NCBI GenBank assembly: GCA_024635485.1
Contig: JAGXIV010000036.1
Coordinates: 18,663-82,662 of the forward strand
Direction of reading: 5' to 3'
From: a bacterium
GTDB lineage: Bacteria > Patescibacteriota > Gracilibacteria > BD1-5 > UBA6164
Length of the DNA stretch: 64,000 nucleotides
Made by a program: the position numbers and the translations under genes. Of this stretch, positions 54,621-64,000 are shown piece by piece. Numbering within the stretch: position 1 is the stretch's first letter; each line of letters starts with the position of its first letter. The notes under the pieces were generated by a model. That model was not told the origin of the DNA and made no database searches. It was given only the letters and a program-made list of their open reading frames with translations.

Positions 54621-56387
54621 TTATGGACATGTTCCCCATTGAGGTTGAATAGAAGCATTATTTAAAAATCATGAATTAGTATTTTCATCAAATAAATTTG
54701 CCTTTGTTGGAATATTAGTAACACACCATGAAGAAATGTTTTGAACAAAACTTTGATTATTTCTAAAAGTAGCTCACATATTTGTTACTTTAGACGTGTC
54801 CCAATTTGAAATATCTTGGTTAAAATCACTTGGTCATTTAAAAGTTCCAAAGAGACTTGTTACATTCTGCATTTTCCAATTACTCAAGGATTGATTAAAG
54901 ACAGTAGCATTATCAAAGGCATAATTTACAGCTGAACTTCAAGAAAAAGATACTGTATCCCAGTTATTGAGAGGTTGATTAAATACAGATGCTCCTGCAA
55001 ACATACTTCCTATTCTGTATACATTAGAAATTTTCCAATTATTTATATTTTGGTCAAATGCTTTTGCTCATCGAAACATAGCAAGCAGAGATGTCGCATT
55101 ATCCATCTTCCAATTTCAAATATTTTGATTAAATACTTTTGCTGCATCAAACATAAATTCAAAATTTACTCAACTTAAAGTATTCCAATAAGAAATATCA
55201 TTATTAAAAGTAAGATTCGATTGAAATAATTTAGAAAAATCTGTAATTTGACCCGTAAATACTCAGTTTGGAAGAAAGGTTCTAAAAGTCGTACCTCAAA
55301 CAATTACTGCGGGATTAGTAGTATCTGTATCATAGGCAACTACTTGATTGAGTAATGCTCTATCTACAATCAAGAGACCATTACATCACTCCCAACTTCA
55401 AACAATTCAAAGATTACTGGGATTATAACATTCTGCATCTATTACTATAGGTGTATTAGGTACTGAAACATTAAGTAAAATCGTACTAGTAATTCATAAC
55501 TTATTATTCTTCAGAAATTGATCTACTAGAGTAAATTCATTTCAAGGAGTTGTATTAGTAATATTATCATAATTACTTCTATCAGAAATATTAGAATTAG
55601 CATAGTAAGAAACAAGATTCTCTCAGAATGTTTGTTTTATATTTTTTTGTGCAAGAGCAATAATAGGTCAACTATAAATTATTGGTGCTGTATTAGCAGG
55701 CATTGTTCCTGGAATAAAACTACTTCCATCAATTAATGTTTGTCATACTGGAAGGGATTGTGCATAAGATCCTGGAAGACTTTTTGAATTCTTAAGAGAG
55801 AAGCTTTGATTTGTGAGGATTTGTTCCACAGTAACATCTGTTATCTCACTCGTTATAAGAGTTGGAACTCAGAGGATATACAAATAGTCACTTTGTTTCA
55901 CTGCTACTATTTCTTTGTTATAGTTTCCTACTACATTTGTATAATAGGAATTAGCTGCATTCGCTTTTTGAGTGATTAGGTTTCTTACGAGTAGTGGACT
56001 CTCACTTATAGCTCCTAGTTCATATTCACTTCTCGTATTTGTGGTAGAATATGCATAAGGAGTCCCCAGAAGTGGATCTGTTGGAACTTCTGAGATGCGT
56101 GTGACTATGTTTCTCGTAGCATCTCCAAAGACACCTTGCTTCCATGCAAGTGAACCTGAGTATGAAATTGTGATGAAGTCTGTTGGATCAGGATAGTATC
56201 CTTCTGTTGTTTGGAAGAACTCTAAAGAGCGTTGTATTGTTGCAAGGTCAGAGATACGTGCTGATTCTCTTGCTGAGACCGAGTAGCCTTGGAGGGATAT
56301 AAATCCAATGGTTCCCAAAATTGCTAAAATTGTAATAACGACGATAAGTTCAACAAGCGTGAAGGCTTGTTTCTTAAATACATACAT
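54621..56387 (-). CDS. Modular type IV pilin: class III signal/pilin N-terminus fused to a DUF285/BspA-type repeat domain (588 aa)
   Basis: Track ORF 55869-56387 starts MYVFKKQA-FTLVELIVVITILAILGTIGF. I checked all 415 downstream triplets and found only TGA, never TAA or TAG, until TAA 54621-54623. The C-terminus has about 6 units such as FDAAKVFNQNI-G-NWKMDNATSLLAMF and FAGASVFNQPLNNWDT. Confidence 0.7.
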
Positions 56388-56391
56388 AAAA

Positions 56392-56427
56392 AAATCCTTA
56401 AAAATAATAATATATTTATAAGGATTT
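56392..56427 (-). terminator. Hairpin between atpC and the pilin gene
   Basis: 9-bp stem aaatcctta / taaggattt with an 18-nt AT loop. On the minus strand it is followed by a T run that abuts the pilin ATG. Confidence 0.45.
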
Positions 56428-56467
56428 AGTTATTTTATGCAACTAGATAGGATTGACTATATTTTTT

Positions 56468-56899
56468 CTACCGTCTCAAGTCATAAAGTTTTAATTGAGC
56501 TATAGACTTTAGAAGCATATCTTCTGCTTCAATAAATTTTTCCATATCAACTTGATCTTTTGAATACTTGTATTTTTCCATGAGATCTAATGCTCTTTGT
56601 TTTGCTAACTCGGCTTGATCAAGATCAACTTCTTCAACATCAATGAGCATATCAGCCATAATCTTTACTGAAGAGTTATGAACTTCTACGACACCAGAAC
56701 CGACTGCAAAATCTTCTCTTTGATTCATATTATTTTCATCTTTAAAAATAATATAGAGTACACATGGCTCAATAGATGCAATCATAGGACTATGTCTATC
56801 AAGAATAGTAATTTCACCTGATTTGGTCATAACGGTTACCGATATAACACTATCGTTTGAGAAATTTTCTCCAGAAAATGAGAGGACTTTTAATTTCAT
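56468..56899 (-). CDS. atpC: F-type ATP synthase subunit epsilon (143 aa)
   Basis: This is an intact track ORF directly after atpD. It has the beta-sandwich plus helical-hairpin length and layout. TAG stop, no TGA. Confidence 0.85.
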   Translation of the reverse strand: MKLKVLSFSGENFSNDSVISVTVMTKSGEITILDRHSPMIASIEPCVLYIIFKDENNMNQREDFAVGSGVVEVHNSSVKIMADMLIDVEEVDLDQAELAKQRALDLMEKYKYSKDQVDMEKFIEAEDMLLKSIAQLKLYDLRR

Positions 56900-56921
56900 A
56901 GTTTAATTTTTTTGAATTGAA

Positions 56922-58316
<1,395 letters not shown>

Positions 58317-58517
58317 AATGAATATTTTTAATTAGATTTTAAAAATTTTATCTTGTTTATTGCGAAAGAATGATATGTAGTATTTTGGCTACAATTATTG
58401 GTAGCTCATCCAAAATTACTGATACGAACTTGGGAATTCGTATGTACATTGCTTTGTTCAAACGTTCAAACAAAAGAAATTTTTCTTTTACTTGAGGATT
58501 TGAAGAAATCCTTGGGA

Positions 58518-58895
58518 TTATTTAATCTCCTTATCAACATATATTTTTATATCTTCATCTTCCTCATCATCTTCAGAAATATCTTGAGATTTATTAGATT
58601 GAGTATGGCTTGTTTTGACAGTTGTAGTAACAACTTCTGTTGTATTTCGAGAAAATCATATATAGAAGTATTTTCGAGCAATCACTGAAACTACAAGAAC
58701 AAGCAATAATATAAAATATTGAATTTTGTTAAATAACTCTGTATTTTGTGGTATATCTGGATCTGGAATTTGTCATCCAAACAAACCAATAACAATAGGA
58801 AATAAAAGAGAGAACGCTATAGAAATAATAAGAACATAGAGCACGTATAACACTATATTTACTATTACTTTAGCGGCTATTGGTAAATCTCTCAT
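58518..58895 (-). CDS. Two-TM hypothetical membrane protein inserted between atpG and atpD (125 aa)
   Basis: ATG 58895. Helices VIVNIVLYVLYVLIISIAFSLLFPIVIGLF and IQYFILLLVLVVSVIA, then an acidic tail SEDDEEDEDI. TAA 58518-58520. Confidence 0.45.
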
Positions 58896-58953
58896 GGTAT
58901 ATATTTAAAAATAAAACTTTTAAACTCTATTGTAATTTAATATTTTGTCAATA

Positions 58954-59859
58954 TTAGCTATCTTTGAGTGCTTCAACTCAAGCGACAATCTCTGAAACTT
59001 CTCGAGTAATAAGACCTTGTCGAGCCTTATTATAAGCAAGAGTCAACATCTCAGCTATTTTTTTAGAATTATCTTTTGCTGCCTTCATAGCGACCATTCG
59101 AGCCGAATGTTCTGAAGCTTTTGATTCAAGTACGATATCATAAAACATCATATCAAGAATAATAGGAATTACGTCCATAGCTATAGCCTCCATCGAAGGT
59201 TCGATGATATAATCTGTAACGTCATTTTTAATTTCTTTGAGAGCTTCTGGATCATTTACAACATCTTCTAGATATTTTCTGACTGCAGCGTCATCAATTG
59301 GAAGAAATTCACGAGCAATAGGTACTTGCTTGATTGAATTCACGTAATAGTTATAAAAAATAACTACTTTCCCATATTCACCACTTAAATATTTTTCATA
59401 AATAAGTCGAGTTACTGACTTGATAAATAATGGATCAATGTTATCAGTGAATTCTGGAGAGAAATCAGCCAATAAAGTATTCCCAGTTCGCGCTACAAAT
59501 GCAGAGGCTTTTTTTCAAAGTGTTATGTATTCTAATTTTTCAGATACATTATCTTTTACATATTCATTTACTTTTTTAAGTACATTTACGTTGTATCCTC
59601 CACATAATCATTTATTTGAAGTGATAACAATAGCCAATGTTTTTTTACTTTCAAACTTTGAAAAATAAGGAAAGTCATGAAGAAATTCTTCAATTCTTCC
59701 AAAAATCTTCAACATTTCAAGAACGAAATCTTTCTTAGAAAGAGCTAATTCTTGGGCTTTTTTCATTTTTACTGTTGAAATAAGCTCCATTGCTTTTGTA
59801 ATTTTGGCAGTATTTTGAATACTCCCAATTTTTCGTTTTATCTCTTTAGCGTTTGACAT
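58954..59859 (-). CDS. atpG: F-type ATP synthase subunit gamma (301 aa)
   Basis: Track ORFs 59608-59859 and 58978-59472 are in frame. The C-terminus reads ITREVSEIVA-G-VEALKDS and runs through a TGA to TAA 58954-58956. Confidence 0.9.
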
Positions 59860-59874
59860 AAGATGAGATAGTTT

Positions 59875-61380
59875 TTATTTATTAAGTTCTACTACTTTTT
59901 CAATAATATTGATGAGTTTTTTCTCAGTATCTTCTGATATATTTTTTTCATCTGTAATTGCTTTGAGGACTGTTTTTTCTTCGTCGAGTGAAGCGTGTAA
60001 ATCAGATTCAAACTTCAGTACTTTATCTACTGGGATAGTATCAAGGAAACCACGTCCACCAGCAAAGAGTGATGCTACTTGTTTTGGAACTGGAACAGGA
60101 GCATTGAGTCCTTGTTTAAGAAGTTCCATCATTCGAGCTCCTCTATCAAGTTGTTTTCGAGTTGCCTCATCGAGATCAGAAGCAAATTGAGAAAATGCAG
60201 CGAGTTCTCGGTATTGAGCAAGGTCAAGTTTGAGTGTTCCTGAGTTCTTCTTCATAGCTTTCATTTGAGCAGAACCTCAAACTCGAGAAACAGAGAGACC
60301 TACTGAAATTGCTGGTTTTTGTCATGAGTTGAACAGATTTGTATCAAGGAAGATTTGACCATCTGTAATAGAAATTACATTTGTAGGAATATACGCTGAT
60401 ACATCACCTGCTTGAGTTTCAATAATTGGAAGTGCCGTCATAGAACCACCACCCATTTCATCATTGAGTTTCGCTGATCTTTCTAGAAGTCTAGAATGAA
60501 GGAAAAATACATCCCCAGGATACGCTTCTCGACCTGGCGGTCTTCGCAAGAGAAGTGACATTTCTCTGTAGGCTACTGCTTGTTTTGAAAGGTCATCATA
60601 TATAATAAGAGAATGTTGACCGTTATACATGAAATATTCAGCCATCGCACATCCAGTGTAGGGAGCAAGGTATTGCATTGCTGCTGGTTCTGAAGCACCA
60701 GCAGAGACAACAATCGTATAATCCATAGCTCCTGCTTTTCGAAGGTTTTCTACAATTCGAGAAACTTTTCCTTCTTTTTGCCCTATTGCAACGTATACAC
60801 ATGTTATTCCTTGTCCTTTTTGGTTCAAAATAGTATCAATAGCGACTTGAGTTTTCCCAACTTGTCTATCCCCGATAATAAGCTCTCTTTGTCCTCGACC
60901 AATAGGCACAAGTGCATCAATAGCCTTGATACCAGTTTCCATAGGTTCATGAACTGATTTTCGAGCCATAACTCCCTCAGCTTGTCGCTCAACTGGATAG
61001 TTTTCTTTTGATTTAATTTCACCAAGACCATCAATAGGACGACCAAGTGAATCAACAACTCGACCAATCATTTCCGGACCAACAGGAACCTCAAGTGTTT
61101 TACCACTCGTTTTTACTTTTTCACCTTCTTTAATTTTTTGAAATCATGAAAGTACCACAACTCAAACATAATGATCTTCTAAATTAAGTGCAACTCACAC
61201 TGCACCACTTTCAAATTCTAAAACTTCATTGTATGAAGCTTTTGCAAGACCTGAAACTTTCGCAACACCGTCCCCAAGGTAAAATACCTCACCAACATTT
61301 TCTATTTCAGGATTAAGATTTGTAGAATCAATTTTAGTTTCTATCTCTGAAATAATTGACTGCAATACATCGTTTGACAT
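59875..61380 (-). CDS. atpA: F-type ATP synthase subunit alpha (501 aa)
   Basis: Track ORFs 61195-61380, 60322-61071 (GDRQVGKT) and 59875-60264 share one frame. TAA 59875-59877. Confidence 0.95.
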
Positions 61381-61495
61381 ATATATTTTTAGATTAAAGT
61401 ATAATAATTTTATCTATTTTCCTCACACAGCACTCTCTTGGAAGCGTCTAGAATTCGGAGAAAGTAGTGCGTAAGGAAAATACGCTTTTTTGTTT

Positions 61496-61843
61496 TTATT
61501 TTTGCATGAGTCGTTCTACTTTCGTGAAACTCACATCTACCATATTATCATCAACATATATTTTCATTCATCCTTTTATTCCCTCTTTTTCTAAAAAGAT
61601 AACTTCTTCTCGCTTTGGAGTCATAGAAAAGCTCTTTTTAAAGACAGTTTGAGCTTGTTCCCAAGCTGCATCCTCTCAAAAAGCAGGAAAATATTCCACC
61701 ACAAAATTACGTGTATTGTGTAATTTTCTTTGAAAGAGTTTTCTTCCTCTGTTTCAAAGTTTTTGACTCATATCAGCGTAAATTTTAAGATTTCAGAGAA
61801 GTTTTTTTGCTTCTTCAAGGCTCAGATTTTCAGGTAGTTTCAT
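61496..61843 (-). CDS. atpH: Short F-type ATP synthase delta (OSCP-like) subunit (115 aa)
   Basis: It sits between atpF and atpA. ATG 61843 lies 10 nt after the atpF stop. Only the C-terminus (GIKG-G-MKIYVDDNMVDVSF) resembles the delta/OSCP consensus. TAA 61496-61498. Confidence 0.5.
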
Positions 61844-61853
61844 ATACAGTTTA

Positions 61854-62357
61854 TTAGAGTGAATCTATATTTTTTTCAATAAAGTCTTTAGAGACCTTTG
61901 AGTCCTTAAAAAGTTTTTCATTGAGTCTCAGAGTTATATCAACCATATTTTTCTTAATTTGAGAAAGCATAGATTGTCTTTCTTTTTCAATTTGAGATTG
62001 AGCTTGCATTAAAGATTCTTGTGCTTGAGTTTGAGCTTCAAGTAAAATAGAGTCTTTTCTACTTTTTGCCATAGATTCAGCTTCTTCAATCACAGAGTTT
62101 CCCTTAGAACGAGCTTTTTCTAAAAGATCATCCCCTTGTTTTCTCTTTTCTTCAAGAATTGCTTCGGCATTGTTATAGTCTTCTTGGACTTTCTTTTGCT
62201 TCGCCTCCCATTCATCAAGGTATGCAAGATATGGTCGAAATACGAATTTATTTAAAACCCATAAAACAATGAGTATAATAATAAATTGTATTACAAAAGT
62301 CTCAACCGTCACAAATTGAAGGTTAGTAAGTCATGTATTTTCTGCTGGAGTAGCCAT
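61854..62357 (-). CDS. atpF: F-type ATP synthase subunit b (167 aa)
   Basis: ATG 62357 (MATPAENT-G-LTNLQF). Track ORF 61854-62312 is in frame. It has a single TM helix and then a long charged helix. TAA 61854-61856. Confidence 0.8.
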
Positions 62358-62400
62358 ATATTAAATAGGTTCTAAATCTATAAAGTCTCTTTGTGCTCTA

Positions 62401-62634
<234 letters not shown>

Positions 62635-62702
62635 TCAATTATAATAAAAATTAAAATGGCATTCTCTCAAAATATATTTTAAGAAAATGAATACCTTAAT
62701 TT

Positions 62703-63554
62703 TTAGTGGTGTTCCGATGATTGCTTAAAGTATGCTATCATCAGAAATGCAAATACGATTGCTTGTATGAGCGCTACAAATACTTCAAAGAACCAAAATG
62801 GGATAGCAAGTAGTCGACCAGCTTCAAAAAATACACTCGTAGCTGAAGCCATAAGATAACTTATAACTCATATCAGTACAATACCTGCAAAAATATTACC
62901 AAAAAGTCTCAGTGAAAGTGATGCAAGCGTTGCTGGGAGTCCAAGGAAATGCAACCATCCTACAAATACATTTATAAGCTTCATTCCAATATTATCTCAT
63001 TTAAAATTCCAAAGATAAGACTTCGTCATTCCAACAGCCCCTTGAGAACGAACCTGAATCACGAGCATGAGAACTACTGTGATAAGCGAGAGAACAAGAG
63101 TAGTATTGAGATCACTGTGCATTGGCCTCATATATGTTAGAAGTGTTGGTGTCACTGACATTCCAAACCAATCTATAATGAGTCCAAAAAGATTCCCGAA
63201 GAGAATAATTGAGAACATCCCAACTATGAGTGCATAATATTTACGAGATTCTTTTTTTGTGGCAAATGATTCTCTCATCTGATCATCAAAGAATTTTACA
63301 AAATGAAGAAAAAATGTTTTAAGTTTTGAGTCTTTATTTGTTTTAAGTGCTTTATTAGCTAGGAGAGAAACAACAATAACAATAAGAAGGAATATAAACG
63401 TTGTTATACTCGTATTTGAAATGGGTCAATATACTTGTTCTCATTGGATAAGTGGTATGTGAGGCCCCTCAGCTGAATGCTCACTTCCTGTTGCGTCGTG
63501 AAGCTCAGCATCTGTTACATCGTAGGAGTTATTTGTTTGATTCTCTGTTGTCAT
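62703..63554 (-). CDS. atpB: F-type ATP synthase subunit a (283 aa)
   Basis: ATG 63554. Track ORF 62997-63278 is in frame. The hallmark LSLRLFGNIFAG is present. TAA 62703-62705. Confidence 0.9.
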
Positions 63555-63762
63555 TGATAGGTGAAATTGTTTGTATATCTTGTAATAATTTTCATGCTTT
63601 GAGGTACATTATCAAACCCAAAACAGGGAGAGAAAAGCAGATACTTATGAGTCTCATAAGGTTACCAGTGCCAAAAAGCGCGTCGAGTATAAGTCAAATA
63701 AGATAAAAAGCAAGTAAATTACCCAAAATTATGATGTTGATTTTTAAGAGGATTCCCAGCAT
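63529..63762 (-). CDS. AtpZ/AtpI-like small membrane protein (77 aa)
   Basis: ATG 63762. It has two TM helices with LDALFGTGNLMRL between them. It overlaps the atpB start by 26 nt. TAA 63529-63531. Confidence 0.45.
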
Positions 63763-63824
63763 AAAAAATAGACTCAAAAAATAATTTTAAGTCTATTGTA
63801 TGTAAGAATATATAATGTCGAATT

Positions 63825-64000
63825 TTAAGTATCCATTTTTTTAATTTCTTCAGAGATATATTCTCTGTTGACATCATTTTTTCCAAACATCTTTTCATTG
63901 AGTTTCAGAGAAACATCAAGAATATGTGTTTTCATTTGGCCTAACATACTTCTTCGCTCTTTTTCGACTTCTCTCTTTCCTCATTCTAAAATGCTCAGAG
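63825..64000 (-). CDS. Second b-subunit-like protein, C-terminal part only (N-terminus lies beyond the window end)
   Basis: The translation EKERRSMLGQMKTHILDVSLKLNEKMFGKNDVNREYISEEIKKMDT parallels the AtpF C-terminus EKERQSMLSQIKKNMVDITLRLNEKLFKDSKVSKDFIEKNIDSL. TAA 63825-63827. Confidence 0.55.

Overview
This 64-kb window is AT-rich and gene-dense, and it only reads coherently when UGA is translated as glycine (translation table 25). That points to a Candidate Phyla Radiation bacterium of the Absconditabacteria (SR1) or Gracilibacteria type. The supplied standard-code ORF track therefore splits almost every gene. I re-joined fragments that share a frame and are separated only by TGA. Every gene end I report is TAA or TAG, and every CDS length is a multiple of 3. 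Reading left to right: recQ (partial), a LuxR-type HTH protein, pepF, and a DEAD-box helicase with an RGG tail and a structured leader. Next comes a metal and oxidative-stress group (Fur-family regulator, ZIP transporter, Dps), then LtrA. A first OmpR/histidine-kinase pair follows, next to a secreted LT/SxxE-repeat protein. Then come several tiny peptide genes with strong promoters and terminators, and htpG with a CIRCE-like palindrome. A second OmpR/kinase pair sits next to a lipoprotein MsrB. After that is a type IV secretion-like remnant (PrgI-like protein, VirB4 N-terminal-domain-only protein, T4SS pilin), followed by a DUF360 protein, secG, an orphan family-5 solute-binding protein, serS, smpB, an M23 peptidase and a FemAB-family gene. 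A NYN/OST-HTH gene, a Cys-containing unknown and a RES-domain gene lie together in very AT-rich DNA. Further right are selO, a sanA-like gene, a fatty-acid desaturase, ruvB and ssb (divergent, with an inverted repeat between them), folD, tRNA-Gly(UCC)/Ile(GAU)/Pro(UGG), an SDR, a fasciclin lipoprotein, an ABC-F ATPase, glmS and a methyltransferase. Near the right end are two secreted Tyr/Asn-rich proteins, one built from about 16 tandem 12-13-residue repeats. Next to them is a 588-aa type IV pilin whose C-terminus is a DUF285/BspA-type repeat module. The window ends with an F-type ATP synthase operon that carries an extra membrane ORF, a short delta subunit and a second b-like gene. I saw no rRNA, no CRISPR array and no intact mobile element. 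Product calls rest on motifs I could read directly in the translations. No database search was possible.
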